Shown piece after piece: positions 39,381 to 49,477 of a stretch of DNA of 64,000 bases (position 1 is the stretch's first letter; the number at the start of each line of letters is the position of its first letter). Source of the DNA: a virus; the IMG/VR virus record IMGVR_UViG_3300032242_001655, positions 1 to 64,000 of that record. One strand, 5' to 3'. A program made the translations under genes and the position numbers. The notes under the pieces were generated by a model, which did not search any database, was not told where the DNA came from, and was given only the letters and a program-made list of their open reading frames with translations.

Positions 39381-40270
39381 ATAAGAAGATATGGATATTA
39401 CATCATGCCACAAATATAAATGGCTATGAAAACACACACCTAAAACAAACACTACTCGATTCGGGATTTGATGTTCAAGTCCTTGAACCTAAATACTTTG
39501 ATATTATTGTGAGTCGTAGTAATACACGAAGCATTAGATATAAAGGCGAGCGTATTGACATGCCTAACCTTGTTTTAAGTAGAACAGGATCGGGCACTAA
39601 CTACTTTACACTCGCTCTAATGCGTCAAATTGAAAAGTTTAACATACCTGTGATCAATGACGCAGACAGCATATCAATTGTTAGTGATAAGTTGATGACC
39701 AGTCAGGTACTGACCCGAGAAGGTTTACCTATCCCCAAGACTATATTGGTCAACGGAGATGTTGATACAGATTTAGTCGAACGTGAAATAGGATTTCCCT
39801 GTGTTGTAAAAGCCACATCGGGTAGTAAAGGTAAGACTGTACACTTATGTAAAAGTAAAAAAGAATTTCAGACACTAATGGATCTGCTGACTTCTATTGC
39901 TCTTAAGAAAGTTTTAATCATACAAGAGTTTATTGATGCGGCGCCGGGCACAGATCTACGTGTGTGGGTCATAGGTGGCAAAACTGTAGCCGCAATGAAA
40001 CGTACAGGGCCAGATGGAGACTTCCGTGCTAATATTAGTCAAGGTGGAACAGCGACACAGTTTGAAATTACTGAAGAAGTAGATTACGTTGCTCGTGAAA
40101 CTGCTCGTGCTCTTGGCCTACAGATTGCGGGTATAGATTTACTATTTGGCAAAGATGGAGTATTAGTCTGCGAAGCCAATTCCAGTCCAGGATTTGAAGG
40201 AATGGATAAATTCTGTGGTGCTGATATGAGCCAAAAGATAGCAGAGTATATCAAATTCAAATTAGGGTAA
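39377..40270 (+). CDS. RimK-family ATP-grasp (glutamate) ligase
   Basis: DKLMT...LPIPKT, GSKGK, QEFI, DLRV, FRANISQGG, GIDLL, EANSSPG. Confidence 0.9.
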   Translation: MNKKIWILHHATNINGYENTHLKQTLLDSGFDVQVLEPKYFDIIVSRSNTRSIRYKGERIDMPNLVLSRTGSGTNYFTLALMRQIEKFNIPVINDADSISIVSDKLMTSQVLTREGLPIPKTILVNGDVDTDLVEREIGFPCVVKATSGSKGKTVHLCKSKKEFQTLMDLLTSIALKKVLIIQEFIDAAPGTDLRVWVIGGKTVAAMKRTGPDGDFRANISQGGTATQFEITEEVDYVARETARALGLQIAGIDLLFGKDGVLVCEANSSPGFEGMDKFCGADMSQKIAEYIKFKLG

Positions 40271-40326
40271 TCTACCTGTAATCTACAAAAATATAAATAA
40301 ATGTACCAACTTAATAGGAGTTTCAT

Positions 40327-40383
40327 ATGAACTTATTAGCAGTATACGGACCCGGAGACGACTCCGAGGACGACGAAGAGTAA
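40327..40383 (+). CDS. 18-aa acidic micropeptide MNLLAVYGPGDDSEDDEE
   Basis: Own TATAAATA (40292-40299), AGGAG 6 nt before the ATG, downstream hairpins and a terminator. Confidence 0.6.
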   Translation: MNLLAVYGPGDDSEDDEE

Positions 40384-40428
40384 ACCGGCCACACCGATAG
40401 AGTGGATGCTGGAACTCGTAACCAGCAG

Positions 40429-40449
40429 TAGGGCTTAGGCCCTATTTTT
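40429..40449 (+). terminator. Intrinsic terminator
   Basis: TAGGGC-TTAG-GCCCTA-TTTTT. Confidence 0.75.
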
Positions 40450-40478
40450 ACGACTAAATATTATAAAGTAGGTACATA

Positions 40479-41123
40479 ATGAAAAAGACCAAAATTGCCA
40501 TTTTCCTCAATCATCCAGAATGTTCCGCACACTGCGCTGTTGGTATGTATGAAGCACTTCATCCAGATTACCATGTAAAATTTTTCAGTAAAGATCAATT
40601 CAAATCCAAAATATTTAGAGAAGCAGATGTTGTTGCCTTTCCAGGCGGCATAGGTGATAGTGATACATTTGACAAACTGGTAAGACCTAATATGGGATAT
40701 GTAATAGATCATGTCGATCGTGGTGGAAGATATTTAGGAATCTGTATGGGCGCATATTGGGCAGGGCATCACTACTTTGATATACTTGATGGCATTAGAG
40801 CAGAGCAGTATATCAAACGCCCAGGAGCAGATGTTAGACGTAGTTTTGGAACTGTGTCTAATATAACTTGGAACGGTCAACAAGAAAACATGTACTTCTA
40901 CGATGGCTGTAGTCTATTGGGCAACACAAGAAACAGCGAAGTAGTTGCTACCTATCCAAACGGAGATGCTATGGCTGTAATACAGAATCGTATAGGTGTA
41001 ATAGGATGTCATCCAGAAGCCCTACCTAGTTGGTATGATAAGAAGCATCTAAAACCTCACTGGCACGAGGCTCGTCATCATAAATTACTACACAACTTTG
41101 TTGATCAACTCATGCTACAATAA
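40479..41123 (+). CDS. Class I glutamine amidotransferase-like (BPL_N-type) protein
   Basis: FPGG, YLGICMGAY nucleophile elbow, HPE. Confidence 0.8.
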   Translation: MKKTKIAIFLNHPECSAHCAVGMYEALHPDYHVKFFSKDQFKSKIFREADVVAFPGGIGDSDTFDKLVRPNMGYVIDHVDRGGRYLGICMGAYWAGHHYFDILDGIRAEQYIKRPGADVRRSFGTVSNITWNGQQENMYFYDGCSLLGNTRNSEVVATYPNGDAMAVIQNRIGVIGCHPEALPSWYDKKHLKPHWHEARHHKLLHNFVDQLMLQ

Positions 41124-41221
41124 ATTTTTCCTATTGTAGTCATAAAAATAATTATTGTAAAAACCTATTGATTTTGAGTTTTAATAGGATATATAATATA
41201 TGTACACAGAAAGGAGACATC

Positions 41222-41686
41222 ATGTCCATAACATTAAAAAACTTAGAGGCCGCATTGGCCGGTGAGAGTCAGGCTCACATTAAATATCGCTACTTCGCAC
41301 GTATTGCTCGTGAAGAAGGTTTTGAAGAAGTTGCCCGTCACTTCGAACATACTGCTGACCAGGAACTTAAACACGCCTGGGGTCATTTGGAACTACTCAT
41401 TGGTACTCCAACTACTAAAGAATGTTTACAAAAAGCCATTGAAGGTGAAACTTATGAGTTCACTACAATGTACCCACAGTTTGAAGCAATTGCTATGAAG
41501 GAAGGCGAAGTAAAAGCCGCTGAAGAAGCAAGAGCACAGATCGCAGAATCAAAAGAACATGCCGCTGAATTTGCCGCTGTTCTTAAGAAAGCAGAAAAGC
41601 GTTTTGCCGCTTTGAGTAAGATCGAGCGCCGTCATGCTGAATCGTACCAGGCTAAACTGGATGCGGTGACATTTCCAGTAATTTAA
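41222..41686 (+). CDS. Rubrerythrin (short-chain)
   Basis: NLEAALAGESQA, QELKHA, GETYE..MY, ESKEHA; AAGGAG RBS before ATG 41222. Confidence 0.9.
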   Translation: MSITLKNLEAALAGESQAHIKYRYFARIAREEGFEEVARHFEHTADQELKHAWGHLELLIGTPTTKECLQKAIEGETYEFTTMYPQFEAIAMKEGEVKAAEEARAQIAESKEHAAEFAAVLKKAEKRFAALSKIERRHAESYQAKLDAVTFPVI

Positions 41687-41696
41687 GGAGACTATT

Positions 41697-41825
41697 ATGG
41701 AATACGTATGTGTAGTTTGTGGACATGTCCACGATGAAGAAACAGAAGGCAAATGGGATGATCTACCAGAAGATTTCCTTTGCCCAGAATGTGGTTGCGG
41801 TAAAGAAGAATACGAAGCAATGTAA
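41697..41825 (+). CDS. Rubredoxin (42 aa; not in the ORF track)
   Basis: MEYVCVVCGHVHDEETEGKWDDLPEDFLCPECGCGKEEYEAM; AAGGAG RBS. Confidence 0.9.
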   Translation: MEYVCVVCGHVHDEETEGKWDDLPEDFLCPECGCGKEEYEAM

Positions 41826-41832
41826 AATACGG

Positions 41833-41869
41833 CCCAGCCCTCTATCACTTAGTGATACGGCTGGGTTTT
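41833..41869 (+). terminator. Intrinsic terminator
   Basis: CCCAGCC...TATCAC-TTA-GTGATA...GGCTGGG-TTTT. Confidence 0.65.
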
Positions 41870-41872
41870 CTC

Positions 41873-41901
41873 TTGACTAATTAGTAATAAGTGTATATAC
41901 T
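41873..41901 (+). promoter_or_regulatory. Sigma70-type promoter (leaderless arrangement)
   Basis: TTGACT-17-TATACT, with the ATG 6 nt downstream. Confidence 0.7.
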
Positions 41902-41907
41902 AAAAAG

Positions 41908-43044
41908 ATGAATAAAGAAGAATTTATAGATAGATTATTTCACTCTCGTGCTGTGTTTGTAGATTGGGACGACACTGAATATGTTGTCAGCGACCTAATG
42001 AGTCGAGCATGGAAAGAAAGACATGACACAGTCCAGTTAACTGAAACAGTTAACCATGTAGAATACTTTGTTGAATTGATGCGAGCAGTATTAGGTGGAG
42101 GATATTTGATTCGAGGTACTAAATTGCCTGATTCAAAACCTACAGGTACATATTCATCTTGTACCAGTGGTAGTACAGGTCGTCCTAAACTAATTTCACA
42201 CAACTTAGAAAACTTTATTGCTCCTAGTCTAGCAATGAGTTCTACAGAAGCAATGGACGAATCGAGTACATTTTTAGCATATCTGCCTACCTCTACTAAT
42301 GCTGTGTTCAGCGTAGGTATGTTGCCTGCGGCAATAACTGATGGCAGGTGTGTGTTTAAAAAGTTTAACCCATTTCAAACAGTAAATGAAATACACAAAT
42401 ATCGCCCAACGCATACTACCTTACCTCCCGGAGTATATACTCCAACAAGCAAAACTAAAGAATGGAAGACAGCGGATCTTAGCAGTTTAAAATATGTATT
42501 AACGGGCAGTAATTTTACTGCTCGTGGCTTCTTTGAAGATATTAAAAGTAAAGGTGGTTGCCCATTTCATGGATACGGTACAACAGAAATGCCTGCTATT
42601 ATGAACGCTTACCGAGGCAGTGAGCAACACCTTGGACATATTTGGTATCCAGGAGCAGAATGGAAAGAAGTAGATGGAGAACTTTGGTGCCGTTGGAATC
42701 ATATGCCTTGGTGGCAAAGTGGAGACATGATAGAAGTAGATCCTATTCATGGTCCGAGAATCACAGGACGTAAAGATAATCAATTTAAATATAGAGATCA
42801 TAAAATAGTTCCCGAGAGTTATGAACTAACTGCTCGACAACATGAACTAGTAGTTGATGCTATGCTTAAACTAGAAAAGCATCTAGTGTTATATTATGAA
42901 GGAACAGCAAGTCCTGCGGAAGTAGAAGATCTGCTGTTACAACATAATTCTAAAGAAACAATGCCTAAGCAGTTTATTAAAGTAAATGCCCTACCTCGGT
43001 CTAATTTAGGAAAATTAGATCGTAAGGCTAAAATAGAAAGGTAA
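41908..43044 (+). CDS. Compact AMP-binding acyl-CoA synthetase-like enzyme
   Basis: TSGSTGRPK, GYGTTE, SGD, GRKD, LPRSNLGKLDRK. Confidence 0.8.
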   Translation: MNKEEFIDRLFHSRAVFVDWDDTEYVVSDLMSRAWKERHDTVQLTETVNHVEYFVELMRAVLGGGYLIRGTKLPDSKPTGTYSSCTSGSTGRPKLISHNLENFIAPSLAMSSTEAMDESSTFLAYLPTSTNAVFSVGMLPAAITDGRCVFKKFNPFQTVNEIHKYRPTHTTLPPGVYTPTSKTKEWKTADLSSLKYVLTGSNFTARGFFEDIKSKGGCPFHGYGTTEMPAIMNAYRGSEQHLGHIWYPGAEWKEVDGELWCRWNHMPWWQSGDMIEVDPIHGPRITGRKDNQFKYRDHKIVPESYELTARQHELVVDAMLKLEKHLVLYYEGTASPAEVEDLLLQHNSKETMPKQFIKVNALPRSNLGKLDRKAKIER

Positions 43045-43046
43045 TT

Positions 43047-43304
43047 ATGGGAAAAGGATCAAGACCAAGACCGTATAGTGTTAGCCAAGCACAATTTGGT
43101 AATAACTATGACACAATTTTTAGAAAGGAAAAAGAAATGCAAGTAAGAGTACCCGAACCAGGAAAGAAAATTGGAACCTGCGGCTGTGGCCGTAGCCCAA
43201 CAGGCGACTGCTGTGGTTGGCATGGCTTGACTGAGGACCAATATAAAGCGACCCTTGAAAAATACATGACCAACGAGCAAGACACCAAAGGCAAATCGGT
43301 TTAA
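43047..43304 (+). CDS. Small protein with a CDGSH-like Fe-S motif
   Basis: CGCGRSPTGDCCGWH; possible internal start MQVRV after AAAGGA. Confidence 0.55.
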   Translation: MGKGSRPRPYSVSQAQFGNNYDTIFRKEKEMQVRVPEPGKKIGTCGCGRSPTGDCCGWHGLTEDQYKATLEKYMTNEQDTKGKSV

Positions 43305-44275
43305 TGAAACCAATTAAGGAAATCAAGTATTACGGTCCCGTACAAATAACTTGGATCCTTAATCAAGCATGTCCTAGTCATTGCTGGTATTGTCCTGATC
43401 ACATACATCGTGGTCGCAATAACAGTTTTGATTGGGACATCTGTTCTAAGTTTTTAGATTTTCTTATAGCCAAATATCCACATGCAAACATATCGCTCAG
43501 TGGTGGTGAGCCCACAACTTGGCCTTACTTTGAACAGTTAATGGACAAAGTATTGGCAGAAGGTCGACGCATTACTGTATGTGTAAATTCGAATCTAATT
43601 AGAACGAGAGATTGGTGGGGCCGGATGGCTCCTAAGTTGTCAGGTGTGAGTGCCAGTTATCATCCTGATGTTGTAAAGACAGATGAAGAACGACAAGACT
43701 GGTTTGACAAATTAGACTTTGTTGCCTCACAGGCAGGAACTAATTTACGTATCATGATGGATCCTAAACATTGGGACCATTGTGTAGAAGTTATAGAACG
43801 TTTAAGAAACAGAACAGATTTACTCTACGGAGTTGAACCTGTTAGATTATTAAACTACTTTGAAGGCTTTCATGTTGTTAACTATGATATCGACTATACA
43901 CCTGAGCAGGATCGTAATTTAGGAAACATGAATTTTTTACCTGCTAAGATTAATCCTCCTGCCGCACAAAAGAAACAGTTTCAAGAACTTGTGGGCATTG
44001 TACATGAAGATGGTAGTAGGGCTCGATTAGAACATGTAGGTCCTCTTGTTCTAAACAAGATGAACAAGTTCAAAGGTTGGAAGTGTAATATAGGAATTGA
44101 AAGTCTGTACATTAGTCCAGATGGGCAGATTAAAAGAGGTAATTGTTTTGAAGGTGCTATAATTGGCAATGTGTTAGAACCAGAGAAAATCATTTGGGCT
44201 AACGAAGCACTTGAATGTTCGTATGATATGTGCCACTGTTTAACTGATATTCGGATATCCAAATGGAGACCTTAA
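43304..44275 (+). CDS. Radical SAM protein with SPASM/Twitch-like C-terminus
   Basis: CPSHCWYC, SGGEPT, CNIG...C, CSYDMCHC. Confidence 0.85.
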   Translation: MKPIKEIKYYGPVQITWILNQACPSHCWYCPDHIHRGRNNSFDWDICSKFLDFLIAKYPHANISLSGGEPTTWPYFEQLMDKVLAEGRRITVCVNSNLIRTRDWWGRMAPKLSGVSASYHPDVVKTDEERQDWFDKLDFVASQAGTNLRIMMDPKHWDHCVEVIERLRNRTDLLYGVEPVRLLNYFEGFHVVNYDIDYTPEQDRNLGNMNFLPAKINPPAAQKKQFQELVGIVHEDGSRARLEHVGPLVLNKMNKFKGWKCNIGIESLYISPDGQIKRGNCFEGAIIGNVLEPEKIIWANEALECSYDMCHCLTDIRISKWRP

Positions 44276-44339
44276 TTGGTAAAAAATTCTCTTGCGGTTT
44301 TACTGATTTTACCATACAATTAAGTATAGGAGATTTTTT

Positions 44340-44663
44340 ATGAGTTCAGAGCACACAGTCACAGTAATAAAAGAGTATTGTAGCCGAGATTCCGGCGACT
44401 CGCAAATTTGGAAGAACAAGGATACACAGTATCATTGGAACATTGGACGTTCTACTGCCAATGGTACAATCAATGGTGTTGTTCGTAAACTAGCAGGTAT
44501 TGATGCCAGCGGTTATCAAATTTGGGTAGTAGCAGGAAGTCTTAAGATCAATCCAGACGGCAGTATTGCTCGATGGACAGGACTTCCACGTGAAACACAA
44601 AAGATGGCAGAACGAATGGGCCAACTAAAGATAGAGGCTAAAGAGAAAGTAGAAACAGAATGA
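44340..44663 (+). CDS. Hypothetical protein
   Basis: AGGAG RBS; TTGCGG-17-TACAAT upstream. Confidence 0.65.
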   Translation: MSSEHTVTVIKEYCSRDSGDSQIWKNKDTQYHWNIGRSTANGTINGVVRKLAGIDASGYQIWVVAGSLKINPDGSIARWTGLPRETQKMAERMGQLKIEAKEKVETE

Positions 44664-44749
44664 AGTGGTTCTTCGTTCTACTACTAATATTTCTTGGCCA
44701 TTGCGGTTGGGCGTTTTTGTTATGTTTTATTTTTATGTTATCGGAGTGA
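44660..44749 (+). CDS. 29-aa hydrophobic peptide
   Basis: MKWFFVLLLIFLGHCGWAFLLCFIFMLSE; ATGA coupling. Confidence 0.4.
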   Translation: MKWFFVLLLIFLGHCGWAFLLCFIFMLSE

Positions 44750-44752
44750 ACT

Positions 44753-45148
44753 ATGAGTATGCATCTTGAAGGACCTTGGCTTAGTACCACTGGTAAATAC
44801 AAAGGTAAACGCAAATTCCGTAATGCTGAAGAAGCACGTAAGAGTCGCGAGTTAGACGAGTCGTGGCAGAAAATACTTAAATCTCAAGGCATTGAAGCAG
44901 AAGAGCGTAAACGCAAAAGAGCAATGTCGGCTGAGACATTGACTTATAAATTGTCAGCACCTGAAGGCCGTGGCAATACCGCTCATATTAAAAGCCGAGG
45001 TGATTACACAGGCAATGCTACAATGCCCGCTCCTAAGGTATATACAGGTACAAAGGTAAAAGGTATTGCTACGATGCACAAATCAAATGCTGTTCCTGTT
45101 TTTTCTGACGAAGAAGCAGTTGATATTTCAAGAATGCGTCGAGGTTAA
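44753..45148 (+). CDS. Conserved T4-like phage hypothetical protein (YTGTKVKGIATMHKSNAVPV)
   Basis: GGAG RBS; recognisable motif. Confidence 0.65.
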   Translation: MSMHLEGPWLSTTGKYKGKRKFRNAEEARKSRELDESWQKILKSQGIEAEERKRKRAMSAETLTYKLSAPEGRGNTAHIKSRGDYTGNATMPAPKVYTGTKVKGIATMHKSNAVPVFSDEEAVDISRMRRG

Positions 45149-45149
45149 T

Positions 45150-45662
45150 ATGCCTAAAAAAATGTCTACATCAGAGCGATATAACGAACCGTGGTATTCT
45201 AAACGTGTTAAAAACAATCGTATCATTGTAAATTTTTTAATTGAAAAAATTTTTGAACATCGCGAAAAAGATTTTCCGTGGACTCGAGAAGACCTACGGT
45301 ATCTTAAGTATGAAGACTTACTTGAAATCGCTGTTGCCGCCGCAAATAAAAAAACACATATTTTGCTAGGAGCAAATAGAGATTTTAGCAATAATGCAGA
45401 TAGTAAGTTCTCTATAGTAAGAATTAACGGCAAAGAAAACAAATCATATTCTGCTTTGATAACTGGATGTGAGAAAAAAGAACATATTTTAGCCTGTGTT
45501 TTTGAAGAACATCTTGAAAAGTTTTATTTCTTTTCTTTCCCAGCCCGCCTTAAACAACATACAATACCATTTGATCCTAACACATATGAACCTAAAACAG
45601 ATAATTATATGTGGGAATACGAACGCACTACATTCGAATCCATGGCAAGATCTGTCCAATAA
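45150..45662 (+). CDS. Hypothetical protein, possibly nuclease-like
   Basis: ATG 45150 after GAGG; AT-rich. Confidence 0.5.
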   Translation: MPKKMSTSERYNEPWYSKRVKNNRIIVNFLIEKIFEHREKDFPWTREDLRYLKYEDLLEIAVAAANKKTHILLGANRDFSNNADSKFSIVRINGKENKSYSALITGCEKKEHILACVFEEHLEKFYFFSFPARLKQHTIPFDPNTYEPKTDNYMWEYERTTFESMARSVQ

Positions 45663-45671
45663 ACAACCTCT

Positions 45672-47054
45672 ATGAAACCTACACTAAATGAAAAATTTAT
45701 AGCCTACCTGGCTTTACTAAGTGGCTTATCAATATCAGCAGTAGCAGTCTACTATTCAGTAGCAGGACTTACTGCTATTTTCTCTGCGGCAGTTATTCCC
45801 ATTATTATTATGGGCACTGTTTTAGAATTGAGTAAATTGGTTGCCACAGTTTGGTTAAAACAAAATTGGTCGATAGCACCCTTGACAATTAAAGTATATA
45901 TGACTGTTGCGGTTATTGTACTGATGATGATTACTTCAATGGGTATCTTTGGCTATCTATCAAAAGCACACAATGATCAAAATCTTGTAAGCGGGGATGT
46001 CGCCGCAAAGATAGCAGTATATGATGAAAAGATAAAAACTGAAAAGGACAATATAGATGCTAATCGTAAGATACTCAAACAACTTGATGAAGGCGTGGAC
46101 CAAGTTATGGCACGCTCACAAGATGAAAAAGGTGCGGACAAAGCAGTTGCTATTCGAAAGGCCCAACAGAAAGATCGTAGTCGAATTAGCCAAGAGATTA
46201 TTCAATCCCAAAAAACCATTGCTACTCTTAACGATGAGAGAGCGCCTATTGCGGCAGAGGTACGTAAGGTCGAAGCAGAGGTAGGACCTGTCAAATATAT
46301 AGCGGCTTTTATATATGGAGCCAATCCAGACTCGTCGATCCTTGAAAGAGCAGTTACTTGGATTATTATTCTTATTGTGATTGTATTTGATCCATTAGCA
46401 GTTATATTATTGTTAGCAAGTCAAATCAGTTTCCAAAGTTTCAGAGAAAAGAGAGATTGGATTGACGATCAAGCAGAAGAACTAACAGAAGCATTCAACG
46501 CTCCAGACCCTTATGTTGCAGAAGTCGGCGAAAAACCCACAGCAGATGAAATCGAGTCTGTAGAGTTAGAATGGAAAGAAGCAGGACCAGAACCCGCATA
46601 TGAACAAGATGACGGCCCATTAACTGAACAGCAGATTGAACAACTGGAAGAATCAGTTAAATTGGCAGATCCAGGTGAGCATCCTAAAGATAATTTACAA
46701 TACGAATTCCTGGATGAAGAACACGACCCTGAATTTGTAGATGAAGGTCCAAATTTTGAAGGTGTAAAAGTTGATGGAGAGTGGATTCAGACCGGCCCTA
46801 CATTTGAAGAGATTACTCCTCCGGAGCCTCCTCAAACTGTAGAACATCCAAGCGGAGAATATGTAACCATTAACGGAGAGCGTTTCCATAAACGTGCTGT
46901 ACCAAGAGGCTACGTTCAAAATGAAGAACAACAAGAAGGTGGCAAATGGAAAGAGATAACTAAGGCTACACAAATAACAGAACAAGAATATATTGAAAAG
47001 GCCAAAGAACAGCGTGAAAAAAATAACCCTAATAACACCACCGGACTTTTATGA
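45672..47054 (+). CDS. Membrane protein with coiled coil and acidic tail
   Basis: N-terminal TM helices, SMGIFGYLSKAH, EVGPVKYIA, FDPLAV. Confidence 0.7.
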   Translation: MKPTLNEKFIAYLALLSGLSISAVAVYYSVAGLTAIFSAAVIPIIIMGTVLELSKLVATVWLKQNWSIAPLTIKVYMTVAVIVLMMITSMGIFGYLSKAHNDQNLVSGDVAAKIAVYDEKIKTEKDNIDANRKILKQLDEGVDQVMARSQDEKGADKAVAIRKAQQKDRSRISQEIIQSQKTIATLNDERAPIAAEVRKVEAEVGPVKYIAAFIYGANPDSSILERAVTWIIILIVIVFDPLAVILLLASQISFQSFREKRDWIDDQAEELTEAFNAPDPYVAEVGEKPTADEIESVELEWKEAGPEPAYEQDDGPLTEQQIEQLEESVKLADPGEHPKDNLQYEFLDEEHDPEFVDEGPNFEGVKVDGEWIQTGPTFEEITPPEPPQTVEHPSGEYVTINGERFHKRAVPRGYVQNEEQQEGGKWKEITKATQITEQEYIEKAKEQREKNNPNNTTGLL

Positions 47055-47406
47055 GAATGACACCTATAGTATTTTATTAATAGGTATCACTGAGTTAGAG
47101 CAAGACCAAATAAGTCATCAATTAGGTCAATTAGAATCAGACATACCGCTTAACATTTATTATTTTCAAGGCGAAAATAATATGGAGTGGTTGTTGTTTG
47201 CATTAAATAGATGTGACGCTGTATATATAAATGCTGACGCTGGCACAGACTTAGTCAAGTGGTTAGCCAGTTACATGTTAGGAAAATCAAATGTCTGGTA
47301 CTCTACTTCTGATAAAGAGTTGAAAGCATTGTTTTCATACATTAATCAGAAGTGGGTACCTGATATTAAAAAGTTTATAGAGGTTCAATTTGACAACAAG
47401 AAATAA
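46993..47406 (+). CDS. Hypothetical protein (ITLITPPD)
   Basis: ORF in the operon; start uncertain. Confidence 0.55.
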   Translation: MKRPKNSVKKITLITPPDFYENDTYSILLIGITELEQDQISHQLGQLESDIPLNIYYFQGENNMEWLLFALNRCDAVYINADAGTDLVKWLASYMLGKSNVWYSTSDKELKALFSYINQKWVPDIKKFIEVQFDNKK

Positions 47407-48631
47407 AGATCCACATTGCTCGTTTTGTGGTAAAGAAAAGAACACAGTTGAAAAACTTATTGTAGGTGCTGAAGATATAGGTATTTGTAATGACTGTGTT
47501 GACTTGTGCGTGGATATTCTAAAAGATGAGAAAGTTAAAAAGTTTCCACTTGAAGAAAAGAAACATTACAATCCTGTTAAGATCAAAGACTATCTTGATC
47601 AATACATTATTGGACAAGACGAAGCAAAGATAAGTTTGAGTGTAGCAGTTTGCCAACACTTCAAACGTATCAATCACCCTGACAAAGACATTGAATTAGA
47701 AAAGACCAATGTGCTTGTATTAGGTCCAACTGGTTGTGGTAAAACAATGTTGGCTAAGAAGATCGCAGAATATCTGGATATTCCTTTTGCCATCTGTGAT
47801 GCCACTGGACTAACCGAAGCAGGTTATGTAGGTGATGATGTAGAAAGTGTTCTTACTCGTCTAATCAATATAGCCGATGGAGATGTTGAGAAAGCACAGC
47901 GTGGTATTATCTATATCGACGAAATTGACAAACTTGCTCGAAAAGGCGAAAGCATGAGCATTACACGAGATGTTTCAGGTGAAGGTGTACAACAGGCTTT
48001 GCTTAAAATGGTTGAAGGGTCTGTGTGTAGGGTTCCTGCTGGAGACAAGCGCAAGCACCCAAAGGGTGATATGCTTGAAATTGATACCAGCAAGATCTTA
48101 TTCATCTGCGGCGGCGCTTTTGTCGGTATTGATAAAATCATTCAACGCAGACGAGGTTCAAAAGGCGTAGGCTTTGGTGCTACAATTAAAACCAAAGAAG
48201 AAGAAAACGTAGATGTATTCAAACACCATACTACTAAGGATCTTATCAGTTATGGAATGATTCCGGAATTTGTGGGACGTTTTGGTATCACAGTTAGTGT
48301 TGAAAAATTAACAGAAGAACAGTTAGTTCAAATTCTAAAAGAACCAAAGAACAGTCTTATCAAACAGTATCAATACATCTTTGAATTAGATGGACTTGGA
48401 CTTACATTTGAAGACTCTGCTCTTAAAGAAATTGCTCATAAGGCTACAGAATTAGATACTAATGCTCGTGGATTAAAAAGTATATTGGAAAAAATCTTAT
48501 TGCCTTACCAATTTGATGCTGTAGATTTACGTCAAAACGGTTTAACCAATATAAATATCACATTAGATGCTGTAAATGAACAACCAGCAGAATTAACATT
48601 TGAAACCGAACACAATGAGAAAATCAAATAG
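47390..48631 (+). CDS. clpX: ATP-dependent Clp protease ATP-binding subunit ClpX
   Basis: CSFC...CNDC zinc finger, [37 protein letters not shown] loop. Confidence 0.97.
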   Translation: MTTRNKDPHCSFCGKEKNTVEKLIVGAEDIGICNDCVDLCVDILKDEKVKKFPLEEKKHYNPVKIKDYLDQYIIGQDEAKISLSVAVCQHFKRINHPDKDIELEKTNVLVLGPTGCGKTMLAKKIAEYLDIPFAICDATGLTEAGYVGDDVESVLTRLINIADGDVEKAQRGIIYIDEIDKLARKGESMSITRDVSGEGVQQALLKMVEGSVCRVPAGDKRKHPKGDMLEIDTSKILFICGGAFVGIDKIIQRRRGSKGVGFGATIKTKEEENVDVFKHHTTKDLISYGMIPEFVGRFGITVSVEKLTEEQLVQILKEPKNSLIKQYQYIFELDGLGLTFEDSALKEIAHKATELDTNARGLKSILEKILLPYQFDAVDLRQNGLTNINITLDAVNEQPAELTFETEHNEKIK

Positions 48632-48845
48632 TCGTGGCCCAACCGTGGAGGTTAGAGATGCCAATATTAATGTTGCCCTGAGGAAACTCAAAAAGAAAGT
48701 TGAAGAGGGCGGAGTTCTACTTGAAGTTTTAGCCAATCAACATTTTGAAAAGCCCACCACAGAGCGTAAGCGTAAAAAGGGTGCGGCCCGTGCCCGTTGG
48801 CTTAAAAAACTACGCGATAACGAATTACCTAAAAAATTGTATTGA
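48615..48845 (+). CDS. rpsU: 30S ribosomal protein bS21
   Basis: VALRKLKKK...[18 protein letters not shown]. Confidence 0.85.
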   Translation: MRKSNSRGPTVEVRDANINVALRKLKKKVEEGGVLLEVLANQHFEKPTTERKRKKGAARARWLKKLRDNELPKKLY

Positions 48846-48870
48846 CTTTGGTATAAAAATGTAGTATAAT
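48842..48870 (+). promoter_or_regulatory. Sigma70-type promoter
   Basis: TTGACT-17-TATAAT. Confidence 0.75.
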
Positions 48871-48892
48871 AGTTTTTTAACGAAAGAAACTA

Positions 48893-49477
48893 ATGAAACA
48901 AACCAAAATTGATCAAATTGTAGCAGATATTAAAACATTCGATTGGCAAAAAGTTATCGACTATGCTAACAGTTTGGGTTCACAATTTAATGATGCCCAG
49001 TGGCGATTCCTTAAAGGACTTATCTTAGAAAGGGCCGCCGAAATTCATTCTAATGATTCTACATTCAAATATGTTGGAGAAACACACTGCGATTTCCGAT
49101 GGGGGAAATACAAGATTACAGTAGAGCAAAAGAGTAAGACAGCAGGTAAGTTTTATACCAAAAAGAATAAACTCAAAAAAACAATTAGTTTTATTCTTAC
49201 TAATAGTTATGGAACCAACAACACAGATAAAATTTCTAGCACTTCTGTTTCGGATGTTCTTATTGGAATTGCAAGTGATGGAGTAGTGTTTGCATCAAAA
49301 GATACTGTACTCAAATATCTAAAAGAAAATGGTGATGGATTTGTTGTTAATATTCCAGCAACCGAAATTGTTGAAATAACCGGCCATACTACTCAAAAAG
49401 TAAAATACGAAAGCAAATTGGCTGAAAAGATTATTGAAGCAATTGACGAAGAAATTATTCGCTTGACAAAACAATAA
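48893..49477 (+). CDS. Putative PD-(D/E)XK endonuclease-like protein
   Basis: GLILE...HCDF...VEQKS pattern. Confidence 0.45.
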   Translation: MKQTKIDQIVADIKTFDWQKVIDYANSLGSQFNDAQWRFLKGLILERAAEIHSNDSTFKYVGETHCDFRWGKYKITVEQKSKTAGKFYTKKNKLKKTISFILTNSYGTNNTDKISSTSVSDVLIGIASDGVVFASKDTVLKYLKENGDGFVVNIPATEIVEITGHTTQKVKYESKLAEKIIEAIDEEIIRLTKQ

